The notes under the pieces: generated by a model
The model's database searches: none
Told to the model about the DNA's origin: nothing
The model's input: the letters and a program-made list of their open reading frames with translations, nothing else
Assembly: GCA_964608675.1 (NCBI GenBank)
Contig: CAZSOZ010000001.1
Coordinates: forward strand, 256,001-320,000
Direction: 5' to 3'
From: an uncultured archaeon
GTDB lineage: Archaea > Iainarchaeota > Iainarchaeia > Iainarchaeales > 1-14-0-10-31-34
DNA length: 64,000 nt
Program-made: the position numbers and the translations under genes
Shown: piece after piece, positions 1-11,041 of the stretch
Layout of the letters: each line of letters begins with the position of its first letter
How positions within the stretch are numbered: the stretch's first letter is position 1

Positions 1-326
1 TGTTTTCCTTTCATTTTTGGATATAATGCAGTTTGCATCATCACAAATCCGCTGAAAAGAGCGCCTCCTATTAAGGCTGCAAGCAAATAACTGTCCGGAA
101 GCAATCGTATTCCAATAAGCAAAGCCAAAATGAATCCTATTACAAAATAGATTGCCCCCATTGTTAGAATTATTGCTGAATATTCTTTTTCGTTGTATTC
201 CAGTTCTGCCTGATATAATTCAAGTTTAAGGTAAGGAAAGAATTTTGAAATCTTTAATCCTATTCCATAAAATTTTTTTGAAATAGTTTTAATTAGAGAA
301 AGGGGAAGAAAATTAAATGGAATCAT
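1..326 (-). CDS. Type IV pilus/T2SS F-family (TadC/FlaJ-like) platform membrane protein, 3'-truncated by the window edge
   Basis: Not in the ORF track. ATG at 326 reads MIPFNFLPLSLIKTISKKFYGIGLKISKFFPYLKLELYQAEL... followed by two hydrophobic helices and ...YPKMK. It lies directly downstream of the pilus ATPase. Confidence 0.75.
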   Translation of the reverse strand, partial: MIPFNFLPLSLIKTISKKFYGIGLKISKFFPYLKLELYQAELEYNEKEYSAIILTMGAIYFVIGFILALLIGIRLLPDSYLLAALIGGALFSGFVMMQTALYPKMKGK

Positions 327-359
327 TTTGTTTTTTTTTGTTTTCATTTTTTTTTTACC

Positions 360-1862
360 TCAAAAATCAGGCTTCCTGTTTTTTTCTGCTAATTCAATTA
401 TTTCATCTTTGTCTCTGTAATATTTTGCCATTATTTTTCCTACTTTTTCAATTTTTTTTATTTTGTTTTTTACCAGCCAGTCAAGAATTATTTTTTTTGT
501 TTTTAGTTCTTTTGACATTTCCTGTCTGCTGAATCCTGTATGCAGACCTAATTCATCAAATAACCTTATGCTTTCTGAATGTTTTTCTATGGTGTCTGTT
601 GCTCCTTTCCATCGGTATAAAACATTTGCTTTAACTTCTTCTTGGCTTCCTCTTCTTTCAGTAATGTATTCTGCTATCTGCAGAACTCTTCTTACATTTA
701 GTCTTCTGTTTCTGAACATAACTACATTCAAGTGTACTGAATCCAGCATTGTTTTTGGAACTTCAATTGGAGGATTTGTAAGCCTTCTTACAGTTTCTGC
801 TGCAGTATTTGCATGAAAAGTAGTGTAAGCTGAATGCCCGGTGTGCATTGCTTCAAATAATACTTCTGCTTCTCTCTGCCTTCTTATTTCCCCTACAATC
901 AGTCTGTCCGGACGCATTCTCAAAGAATTTACCAGCAAATTAAGCATGGTTACTTCTCCTTTTCCTTCAACGTTGGGTTCTCTTGTTGTTAAGGGAACCC
1001 AGTGAAGGTAAGGAGGCAAACTTAATTCTCTTGTGTCTTCAATACTTAATATTCTTTGATTGGGTTGAATAAAAGGCAGGCACACATTTAAAGAAGTTGT
1101 TTTTCCTGAACCTGTTCCTCCTGAAAAAATAATGTTTAGTTCGTATTCCATTGCAAGCCAGATTAAAGACATTATTTCTGTGTTGACTGTTTTGTTTTCC
1201 ACAAAATCTGTTACAGTATAAGGTTGTCTTCTGAATCTTCTGATTGTAATAGTGTTTCCTTTGCTTGAAATAGGAAACAAGGTTGCATTTGCTCTGTCTC
1301 CTGTAATTAAGTGTGCGTCCAGCAAAGGATTTAATACAGTAATCTGCTTTCCTATTCTTCTGGCAATAATGCTTGCATAATTTTGGATTTCGCTTTCAGG
1401 ACTCACATAAACGTTTGTTTTCAGCCATCCGAATCCTTTATGGTAAACCCACACAGGGTCAACAGAACTGTTTATAACTATTTCTTCAATGTTTCCGTCA
1501 TTTAGCAGGAATTCAATTTTTCCTAATCCAAGCATTTCTTCTAAAAGAAGCCCTATCAATAAATCCCTTGAACCTTCCCCTATGTCTGGGAGTTCTCTGT
1601 CAAGTATTTTTTCTGCTTTTCCCTGAAATTTTTTTTTCAGCGAATCAACAAAATCAGGGTCCATCATTCTTTCTGCTTGTATGGTTGAATCAGTTATAAT
1701 GCTTCTTTTTAGGTTTTCTAATACTGCTTCTGTTCCTTCTCCGAATTCAGGGAAATTAAGAAAATAAATTCTTACAAATTCATTTTCTTTTTCAAGTATG
1801 TTTACTTCAATTTCTGTTTCAATTGATTTCACTTTATATGTTTTTAGTACTTTTTCTTTCAT
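360..1862 (-). CDS. VirB11/TadA/FlaI-family secretion (type IV pilus assembly) ATPase
   Basis: Walker A GGTGSGKTT, Asp box SIEDTREL, LRMRPDRLIVGEIR (Walker B) and His box AMHTGH..TFHA. Confidence 0.95.
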   Translation of the reverse strand: MKEKVLKTYKVKSIETEIEVNILEKENEFVRIYFLNFPEFGEGTEAVLENLKRSIITDSTIQAERMMDPDFVDSLKKKFQGKAEKILDRELPDIGEGSRDLLIGLLLEEMLGLGKIEFLLNDGNIEEIVINSSVDPVWVYHKGFGWLKTNVYVSPESEIQNYASIIARRIGKQITVLNPLLDAHLITGDRANATLFPISSKGNTITIRRFRRQPYTVTDFVENKTVNTEIMSLIWLAMEYELNIIFSGGTGSGKTTSLNVCLPFIQPNQRILSIEDTRELSLPPYLHWVPLTTREPNVEGKGEVTMLNLLVNSLRMRPDRLIVGEIRRQREAEVLFEAMHTGHSAYTTFHANTAAETVRRLTNPPIEVPKTMLDSVHLNVVMFRNRRLNVRRVLQIAEYITERRGSQEEVKANVLYRWKGATDTIEKHSESIRLFDELGLHTGFSRQEMSKELKTKKIILDWLVKNKIKKIEKVGKIMAKYYRDKDEIIELAEKNRKPDF

Positions 1863-3629
<1,767 letters not shown>

Positions 3630-3673
3630 TTTATATTCCCATTTATATGTTGTTGTTTATCCTTTTTATTTTT

Positions 3674-4774
3674 TCATGTCGCTTTAGTTATTGCACTTGG
3701 ATTAGATTCGTTTCCATACCAGTCCACTGCAGTTAAATAAAAGTAATTTGTCTGCCATAATTCCAGCTCTTTTCCTGTTTCTTCTTTTGAGGAAACTGCG
3801 TTCAGAACATATGCAGTGAATGCCTGGCTGTCTTCTTTGCTTCTGTAAATCCTGTATTCTTTTAAATCTTCTTCTGGGTTTGCATTCCATGCAATAAGTA
3901 TTTTGCCGTCTGTTTTTCTTGCAGTTATTCCTGTTGGAGCAGAGGGAGCAATCGAATCATTTTTTACTTTTATTCCTGTGATTTCAAAAACTTTTCCTGT
4001 GTTTTTTATTTCAATTATATATTCTCCTTCTTTTTCAGGAGCAGTTAATTCTGCTGAAAAAATTTTTGAACAGGAACTGCATAAATTTTTTGTTATTTTT
4101 TGGGTTTTTTGTGTTGAATTATTTTTAATCCATTCAACAATAAAATTGAATTCTTTTGCAGGAATTTTTTCTGCATCTACAATTAAACTAATTTTTTGGT
4201 TTGGTTTAACAAATTTTTTTTCTATTGAAATTCTTTTTATTTCAAATGTTTCTTGATGAATGCATTTTCCGTTAATGCATTCTCCTTCGTTGCATCCGCA
4301 TTTTTCGCAGTTTTTTTCCAGTTTTCCGTTATTGCAGTAATTTGGCTTTTGTTTTGAACATTCTCCAAACAAAGTTCCGTCAATGCATTTTTTTTCTGTT
4401 TCAATTACAGTTATTTTCTTTTTTTTGTTTATTTGGTTTCCGTTATCCAGAATCATTTTCATTTCAATCATGTAAACTCCTGTTTTCTGAAAGATTTCTG
4501 TGAATTCAACTGAGCATTCTGTTTTACTGCATTCTTTTTCTTTTGTTTTTTCTGGAGACAAGTAAACTATTTTTTTTATGAGGAAAGAACTTTCTGCATT
4601 TACTTCAAATAATGCTTTTTCTCCTTTCTCAAAGCTTTCTTTTGATTTAATTTCAATTTTTGATTCAGTGGTTATTCCTTTAACATTAATTATTCCTGCA
4701 GAACTCAAAGTAAAAAAAACCCCTAAAAAAACTGTTATTGAAAGAATTATTGAAAAAATATTTTTTATTTCCAT
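3674..4774 (-). CDS. Membrane-anchored surface protein with a Cys-rich module and a C-terminal fibronectin type III domain
   Basis: N-terminal TM helix, CIDGT..GECS..KP.YC..G...C..CGC module, and FN3 pattern APSAPTGI...IAWN...YRIYR...YFYLTAVD.YGNES. Confidence 0.8.
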   Translation of the reverse strand: MEIKNIFSIILSITVFLGVFFTLSSAGIINVKGITTESKIEIKSKESFEKGEKALFEVNAESSFLIKKIVYLSPEKTKEKECSKTECSVEFTEIFQKTGVYMIEMKMILDNGNQINKKKKITVIETEKKCIDGTLFGECSKQKPNYCNNGKLEKNCEKCGCNEGECINGKCIHQETFEIKRISIEKKFVKPNQKISLIVDAEKIPAKEFNFIVEWIKNNSTQKTQKITKNLCSSCSKIFSAELTAPEKEGEYIIEIKNTGKVFEITGIKVKNDSIAPSAPTGITARKTDGKILIAWNANPEEDLKEYRIYRSKEDSQAFTAYVLNAVSSKEETGKELELWQTNYFYLTAVDWYGNESNPSAITKAT

Positions 4775-4781
4775 TTTTTTT

Positions 4782-5744
4782 TCACTTGTTTGTTTTTTCT
4801 ATATTAAATCTGCTGTCAGTCAAAGTTATGTTTAAGTCATTTAATTTTATTTCTTCTATTTCTGAAGTAAACAAAAACTGGACTTTTGCTTGAATTTGTG
4901 TTCCTGAATGCCTTATTTCAACATTGTTTTCATTGAAAAAAATTTTTATTTCTTCTGAATTGCATCCTGCACCAACACACAAAAAAGTTATTTCGTGGTC
5001 TGATGTTGAATCAAAATGCTTGCTTGTTTTTCTGGTATCTGAATTTAAATCGCATTCTGAACAGTTTTCATCCAGCAAATTTACTTCAATAAAAGGACTT
5101 AACTGCATGGGATTATAGCTTTCCTGATAACAGTTTTGATCTCCTCCGTAATCACATGACAAAAAATTGTAGTCTTCTGAAGACGAAACAGAAATATTTA
5201 TGTCAATCTTTCTGATTAAATCTATATCAAAATTTTCTTCGCATTCATTTGAGCCATGAAAGTGCATTGAATTGTAGTCTGTTAAAGTGTATTTTTGGCA
5301 TTGTGGTTTTATAATTAAATTAATGTTTTCATCTATTCCCCCCCATAAACTGTTTTTTGGGGCTTCTACTTCAACTTCTATTAAATCATAAATTGCTGAA
5401 TCACTGCTTTCAGCAAAAATTTCATATGCATTAATAAAATCAAAAAAGCTTTTGGTTTGAACTTCTTTTAAGGGAAGTTTTTGAGTAAAACTGACAGTTC
5501 TTTCTTCAATTGAATAAGTAAACGGAACAAGCCTTTCAAAATAAGTTTTTGTTGTTCCTGTCCTGTAAAAATCTTTTATAAAACCTATGTTTGAATACTT
5601 GTATTTTACTTGGTCAACGGCGTTTGAAGCAAATGACTTTTTTTCTGCTTCCAGATACTGGCTGTTTATTTTGAATGCAAAACCTAACAGCATTAAAGAC
5701 AAAACCAATCCCATTAAAACAAAAAATAATCCTTTGTTTTTCAT
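4782..5744 (-). CDS. Putative minor pilin-like protein (class III signal peptide-like N-terminus)
   Basis: MKNKG/LFFVLMGLVLSL (basic-G followed by a hydrophobic stretch). It overlaps the upstream gene by 4 nt within the pilus operon. Confidence 0.6.
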   Translation of the reverse strand: MKNKGLFFVLMGLVLSLMLLGFAFKINSQYLEAEKKSFASNAVDQVKYKYSNIGFIKDFYRTGTTKTYFERLVPFTYSIEERTVSFTQKLPLKEVQTKSFFDFINAYEIFAESSDSAIYDLIEVEVEAPKNSLWGGIDENINLIIKPQCQKYTLTDYNSMHFHGSNECEENFDIDLIRKIDINISVSSSEDYNFLSCDYGGDQNCYQESYNPMQLSPFIEVNLLDENCSECDLNSDTRKTSKHFDSTSDHEITFLCVGAGCNSEEIKIFFNENNVEIRHSGTQIQAKVQFLFTSEIEEIKLNDLNITLTDSRFNIEKTNK

Positions 5745-8467
5745 TTAATCCAGCCCCTGTATTCTATTACATAAAATTCTGTTTTTGGAGAAGCATAACA
5801 ATGAATGGAATCAAGATTATTTGTAGGGCATTCACTTAAATTTCCGTTTGGATTGACTTCCACGCAGATTATTCCTTGTGTAGCAATATATTCATCTAAA
5901 TAAAGTATTGTTGAAAAACTGCAGTCTGAGTCATTTCCTCCGCATAATTCAGGCACAAGATAATGATTTCCAAGAAGAATTCTTCCTGCTCCTGTACTGC
6001 AAACTGAATCATTTCCTAAATAAAAATTCAAATCAGTTTCTCCTGTGTTCAAATCTCCAATATTTGATACATTTACATCAATAAAAATGTCTGTTTCGCT
6101 TAATATTTCTCCACTGATTATTTCAACTGCAATATCTCTTTTTTTGAATGGAATTGGAACAGTGAATGCATTCCAGTCAATTATTTGTGTTGTTCCGTTT
6201 TCATCCACATAAGACAAATAACTTCCTTGTCCGGGAAAAACAATTGAATCTGTTTCGCATCCTAAATTTGAATCACATGCAATATTAATTGTATAACTTC
6301 CGTGCCAAGGATTTTCAGGAGAAATGTTTCCTGCATCAAAAACAAGGTTTCCGTCAATAATTGTAGCGTTTCCGTCATCAATTATCGTAATATTTTGAGG
6401 CATTATAATTGTTACGTTGGAGTCTGTTGCTTGAGCCTGAATTTCATCTGCAATCAAATTATAGATGTCCATTAATGCATTTGCGTCTTCTGCAAAGTAA
6501 TAATTGGCATCAGTTGCATTAGCAATATTCTGTAATTCTGTTTCATCCACGTCTCCTCCAAATCCAATAGTATAAATTTTTATTCCTAAATCTGCTGCGT
6601 CTTCTGCTGCCTGCAACGAATCCCCTGAATTTGACTGTCCGTCTGACAGCAAGACTTGGAATTTTAATGCATATTCCGCGGTTCTTTCTGAAATTAATTC
6701 TTCTGTTCCTTCTCTTATTCCTTGTTCGATGTTTGTTCCTCCTCCGGGCAACAGGGAATTTACATCTGTCTGTAATGCAAGTTTGTTTGAATCATCTAAT
6801 TTTTTTAATTGTGAATCCAGAAAAGAAGAAGTATGAAAGCTGGCTACTCCTATTTGGTCTGATGCTTTCCATTCATTGAAATCAATAAATGTAGCAGCAG
6901 AAGCCTGAACTGCATCCATTTTTGTTCCAGAACTTAAATCCAAAGTAATTAAACCCATTGAATCAGCCGCAATAAATGCATACCCGTTTTCGACTCTTAC
7001 ATCATTATATTCGTAAGGAGTCCTGTAAATTCTGTTCAATAAAGGATTATCTACATCGCTTACATCAATGGAATACAAGCCTCCTGATTCATCTGCAATA
7101 TATGCAGTGTTTCCGACTACATCAACTCCTCTTGCGTTGTCTGCAGTATTATAGTTCCCTCTTGCACTAATATTGCTTGGATCACTTACATCAAAAACGT
7201 CCAGTCCTCTTGAACCATTTGCAACAAACACATAGTTTCCTGAAACTTTTACTCTGTAAGCTTGTCCGCCTAAATCCATTGAATCCTCAAAAGTTAAATT
7301 GTTTGGGTCACTGGCATTTAATACAACAAATCCGTCATTGTAATTTCCTATATATAAATAAGTTCCATCTGAATCAATTCCAAACGCAGTTCCAGAAGTA
7401 TCATAATTGTCCTGATGATTTATATTTCCTGGATCGCTTGCATCATATGAATCAACTCCTCTTGAACCGTTTGCAGCATACAATTGATTCCCTATTTTTA
7501 CAACCCCATAAGAATAGTTTCCTGATAAATCAACTCTGTCTGTTTCAAACATGTCTGTAGGATCGCTTATATCTATTGATCTTATTCCTGAAGTGTAATC
7601 TGCCACATATGCATAATTTCCTTCAATAAAAACATCAAAAGCAATATATGTGTCTTGCCTGTCTCCATATAATATGTCTAATGGATTGCTTACATTAAAA
7701 CTGTATATTCCATAATAATAATCTGCAAGGAAAGCATAATTTCCTGAAACATCAACTGCCTGAGAATTATATGCGTCGTATTCTCCTCCCCAGCTCATTG
7801 AACCGCTTTTGTCTATAACAAGCATTATGTCTACAGGCCTTCGGTATCCAGGGGGAAAAGCAGCAGTCAAATTAACTATAATATTTTGATCGCATTCAAG
7901 TTCTGTGTCAGGAACCGTATTTACATCGAAAACAAAATTAAGGTCTTCTCCCATGAAATCAAAAAATATTTTTCCTGTGTCAAAAACAAATTTTTGTTCT
8001 GATTGCATTAAACCCAGAATATTTGTATCACATTCTCCTGGAGGCTGTTTTTTTACAATTAATTTTTTTCCGTAGAAAACAGTTTTATTTTCAGGGACTT
8101 CTGATCCAAAAGAGAATTCATTAAAATCTGTTCCAAAACAATCATTAAAAGTCTGGTTGTTTCTGCATTTAATTGAATTCAAATCAAATTGTTTTACGCT
8201 TACATTTAAGTCAAGGTAATCAGGAAAAAATCCTTCAAGTTTATTGTAAATATTTTCAGCTGAAGCAGATGTATTTGCATCCATTTGACTTATAAGAAAC
8301 CCTGTTTGTTCCATTGCATTGAATGCGTCGTTTAATTCCTGTCCAATGTTTCTTTCAGCTTTTTCTTCAGAAAAAAATAATCCTGCAGACAAAATTATTC
8401 CTGAAACTAAAACTAATGCAAGAATAGCATCAAAACTAAATGTAAACCCTTTATTCCCATAATTCAT
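5741..8467 (-). CDS. Pilin-like adhesin: class III signal peptide, vWA domain interrupted by LVIVD beta-propeller repeats, C-terminal CARDB-like domain
   Basis: Likely start ATG 8467 (MNYGNKG/FTFSFDA). MIDAS motif DKSGSM is followed by about 7 repeats like V.VSGNYAYVAD...G....DVSDP.N, then the vWA resumes (GGGTNI, VLLSDG, IYTIGFG). Confidence 0.85.
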   Translation of the reverse strand: MNYGNKGFTFSFDAILALVLVSGIILSAGLFFSEEKAERNIGQELNDAFNAMEQTGFLISQMDANTSASAENIYNKLEGFFPDYLDLNVSVKQFDLNSIKCRNNQTFNDCFGTDFNEFSFGSEVPENKTVFYGKKLIVKKQPPGECDTNILGLMQSEQKFVFDTGKIFFDFMGEDLNFVFDVNTVPDTELECDQNIIVNLTAAFPPGYRRPVDIMLVIDKSGSMSWGGEYDAYNSQAVDVSGNYAFLADYYYGIYSFNVSNPLDILYGDRQDTYIAFDVFIEGNYAYVADYTSGIRSIDISDPTDMFETDRVDLSGNYSYGVVKIGNQLYAANGSRGVDSYDASDPGNINHQDNYDTSGTAFGIDSDGTYLYIGNYNDGFVVLNASDPNNLTFEDSMDLGGQAYRVKVSGNYVFVANGSRGLDVFDVSDPSNISARGNYNTADNARGVDVVGNTAYIADESGGLYSIDVSDVDNPLLNRIYRTPYEYNDVRVENGYAFIAADSMGLITLDLSSGTKMDAVQASAATFIDFNEWKASDQIGVASFHTSSFLDSQLKKLDDSNKLALQTDVNSLLPGGGTNIEQGIREGTEELISERTAEYALKFQVLLSDGQSNSGDSLQAAEDAADLGIKIYTIGFGGDVDETELQNIANATDANYYFAEDANALMDIYNLIADEIQAQATDSNVTIIMPQNITIIDDGNATIIDGNLVFDAGNISPENPWHGSYTINIACDSNLGCETDSIVFPGQGSYLSYVDENGTTQIIDWNAFTVPIPFKKRDIAVEIISGEILSETDIFIDVNVSNIGDLNTGETDLNFYLGNDSVCSTGAGRILLGNHYLVPELCGGNDSDCSFSTILYLDEYIATQGIICVEVNPNGNLSECPTNNLDSIHCYASPKTEFYVIEYRGWIK

Positions 8468-9005
8468 AAACTTGTAATTCAATTTGAGCTTCACTTCCTC
8501 TATAATTAACAATTCTTTTGGTTGAAATCAAATATTCTGTCTGGCTTGCAGGACTTAATCCTGCACTAATTATTATTACTCCTTGAGTTAAAACAAAATA
8601 ATAATCATATCCTTCCAATCCAAGGAGTTCCCTGCTTTTATTGTAGTCAAGATTTGAAAAAGCTGTCAGTTTGTCTTCGCTTATCTGATTTCTTTCCATT
8701 AATCCAATTCTTTCAATATGGCTTTCACTTAAATCCTCCCAGTTTTCAGGATAGCCTTTTGTTTCAGTTAATTCTTTTAAAACAAAAAAAGAAGAATGAT
8801 TGATTTCATTTAATTCCATGTTTCTAGTAAAATCTTTTGTGTTTTTGTTTACTGCTGAAAGAACAGAAGTAAAAATTAAAACAAAAATAAAAAACCCCAT
8901 AACTAAATCAATCATGCTTGACTGTCCTCGTTTGCTTTTATGCAGGAATAAGAAAGTGCTTTTAGTCAAGCACAAGGATTTCTTAGATTTTTTCAATTTC
9001 AACAA
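8451..9005 (-). CDS. Putative pilin (class III signal peptide)
   Basis: KSKRG/QSSMIDL followed by a hydrophobic helix. The G.PENW...IGL motif is typical of archaeal pilin-like proteins. Confidence 0.75.
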   Translation of the reverse strand: MLKLKKSKKSLCLTKSTFLFLHKSKRGQSSMIDLVMGFFIFVLIFTSVLSAVNKNTKDFTRNMELNEINHSSFFVLKELTETKGYPENWEDLSESHIERIGLMERNQISEDKLTAFSNLDYNKSRELLGLEGYDYYFVLTQGVIIISAGLSPASQTEYLISTKRIVNYRGSEAQIELQVYELWE

Positions 9006-9339
9006 CTCCGTTTAAATCTTTTATTCTTACATTTCCTTTTGTAATAAAAATTTCTTGGGCTATTCCATAATAACTGCAGGAAATTCCTTCAACATCAATC
9101 CACCCTTCACCTACATTAAAGTCTTTTTCTGCATAAAATTCAACGGTTGTTTTTTTTCCTGAAGCATAAACTGAACTGATTATATCTGAGATTTTTCTGC
9201 ATTCAGCTTTTGATTCAAGATAATCTGCCATTATTTCAATTTCATTATTTTTTTCAAAACTATATGCTGCAATTACTGCAAAAGATAAAAGCAGTACAAC
9301 TGCTCCAATAATTATTTCCATTGAAACCTGGCCTTTCAT
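8983..9339 (-). CDS. Archaeal pilin (class III signal peptide)
   Basis: MKG/QVSMEII matches the (K/R)G-Q-x-S-x-E prepilin motif. Confidence 0.85.
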   Translation of the reverse strand: MKGQVSMEIIIGAVVLLLSFAVIAAYSFEKNNEIEIMADYLESKAECRKISDIISSVYASGKKTTVEFYAEKDFNVGEGWIDVEGISCSYYGIAQEIFITKGNVRIKDLNGVVEIEKI

Positions 9340-9349
9340 TTAAATCATT

Positions 9350-9778
9350 TCAGCTAATTTCAGTGAAAGTGACATTTGAATCAGTGGATTCAACTGCAAT
9401 AAAATGAAATCCTTCTTCTGTTGAAAAACTTGTTGGTTCAAGTTCTGCTTTGCTTATATCATAAACTTCATAAGTGCTTACTAAAGAAGTCATTTCAATT
9501 ATTACTTGGCTGCCAATTGTATAAAAATTTGTTACTCCTGAAGGAAGTTCTGCTTCAACTACAATAATGCTTCCGTTTCTTGTGCTTACTTCATCTGCAG
9601 CATTAACTAATTCCCTTAAAGAATAATAAGTTGTATTAAATCTCTCGTTTTCATTCACAGTAATTATTGCAAAAACAAACATTATTCCTACAATAAGCAT
9701 AACAATTGCAGTAAGACTTACGTATTCAACAGAAATCTGCCCTTTATTCAAAAAACCACTTTCCTTATTTAGAAACAA
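9350..9778 (-). CDS. Archaeal pilin (class III signal peptide)
   Basis: NKG/QISVEY followed by a hydrophobic helix. Confidence 0.85.
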   Translation of the reverse strand: MFLNKESGFLNKGQISVEYVSLTAIVMLIVGIMFVFAIITVNENERFNTTYYSLRELVNAADEVSTRNGSIIVVEAELPSGVTNFYTIGSQVIIEMTSLVSTYEVYDISKAELEPTSFSTEEGFHFIAVESTDSNVTFTEIS

Positions 9779-9854
9779 TCTTTATCAATATAAATCTTTT
9801 CAGCTAAAAAAATAAACTATTTTCAAAAAGCAATCGCCCAAAAAAACTGCTTTC

Positions 9855-9870
9855 GTTCGTCAATTAACGT
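9855..9870. promoter_or_regulatory. Candidate regulatory motif GTTCGTCAATTAACGT (copy 1)
   Basis: 15/16 identical to 21211-21226. Both copies lie in divergent intergenic regions and both are preceded by CCAAAAA. Confidence 0.45.
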
Positions 9871-9921
9871 AATTTTTTGTTTTTCGTTATATTTTTAGTT
9901 TGCTCTGCAAAAATATATTTA

Positions 9922-10815
9922 ATGTTTTCAGTTAAAAGCAAGGCATCAGAAGAACAGGAATTATGGAAAAAAATAGAGGACTTAGAAAATTCCCTTAAAA
10001 AAGCTGAATCTGCCAATAAACCTGAAATCGAAATTCAGTTAGCAAAACTTAAATTTCAGTTATCTGAACTTCAGAAGCCTTCAAAAAAAAGAAATCTTGA
10101 TTTTGAAGTTGAACTGCAAAAAAAGCAGTCTCAATACAATGATTTATATGAAAAATACTCTAAATTAAGGCAGGCAGTAGGTTCAGTAAGTTCTGTTTCT
10201 GAAATAGAAGAAAAGCAGAAAGAAAAAGAACTAAAAGACAAACTGCATAAATTTCTTCTCAAAAAATATGCTGACATAATAAATGAAACCGAAAAAAAAA
10301 CTATTGGAGAAATAAAAGGTCTTATTGATCCAGATGATTTAAGCATTCAGTCTCTTTTGGCAGAATTAATTACAGAAAATTATTCTTTCAGCAAAAATTA
10401 TCTTTCAATGGCAAAAGAAGCCTATGATTTTGTTTTAAAAGAAATTTCTTTTGTTGAATCAGATATAAAAATCAATTTTTGGCTTACTCCTACTGAAATA
10501 ATAAAAAACAAATTTGCAGACGATGAAGATTTAGCTGTGTTTTTATGCACTTTGCTTTATGCTTTAGGAGACGAAAACGCGTTTGTGATTGTAGCTGAAA
10601 TGGAAAACCTTTCAAGCCATGCTTTTGTTATTACTGAACACAAAAACAAATTTTATTTGTTTGACTCTTCACAGAAAAAATCTTTTAATGAATTTTCAGG
10701 AAAAAAAGAAGAAATATTAGAAAATTATTCTTTCAGGGACTCAAAAATCAAGAGATTTTTATACAGATTTAATGCATTAGAATACGAGCAGTTTCCTGAA
10801 GAAAGAACAGAATGA
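9922..10815 (+). CDS. Coiled-coil plus transglutaminase-like domain protein, apparently lacking the catalytic Cys
   Basis: FWLTPTEI...ADDEDLAVFL..LL.ALG...HAFV...LFD matches the W..P.ET...GDCED.A / HA.V / D transglutaminase pattern, with Cys replaced by Asp. Likely start ATG 9922. Confidence 0.7.
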   Translation: MFSVKSKASEEQELWKKIEDLENSLKKAESANKPEIEIQLAKLKFQLSELQKPSKKRNLDFEVELQKKQSQYNDLYEKYSKLRQAVGSVSSVSEIEEKQKEKELKDKLHKFLLKKYADIINETEKKTIGEIKGLIDPDDLSIQSLLAELITENYSFSKNYLSMAKEAYDFVLKEISFVESDIKINFWLTPTEIIKNKFADDEDLAVFLCTLLYALGDENAFVIVAEMENLSSHAFVITEHKNKFYLFDSSQKKSFNEFSGKKEEILENYSFRDSKIKRFLYRFNALEYEQFPEERTE

Positions 10816-10873
10816 ATTATGTAGCCTTTTCATTTTATTTTTAAACCTTTTTTTCTTTTTCTATTATGTTTGT

Positions 10874-11021
10874 TTTCATAAAAATTATGAAACGACTCTT
10901 TTCTTTTTTCCGAAAAAGAAAAGTGCAAGCTGCAATTTAATCCCAAAAGGATTAAGTGCACACAAAAACTGAAAAAGTTTTTGTAGTGCCTAAAAGAAAA
11001 AAGGCACTAGTTCATAAAAAT
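10874..11021. repeat. Array of five abutting hairpins bounded by an 11-bp direct repeat (candidate MITE-like element or structured RNA)
   Basis: Inverted repeats at 10874-10892, 10898-10923, 10931-10960, 10962-10984 and 10984-11009. TTCATAAAAAT occurs at 10875-10885 and 11011-11021. Confidence 0.6.
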
Positions 11022-11041
11022 AATAATTTTTTCAGGGGGAT

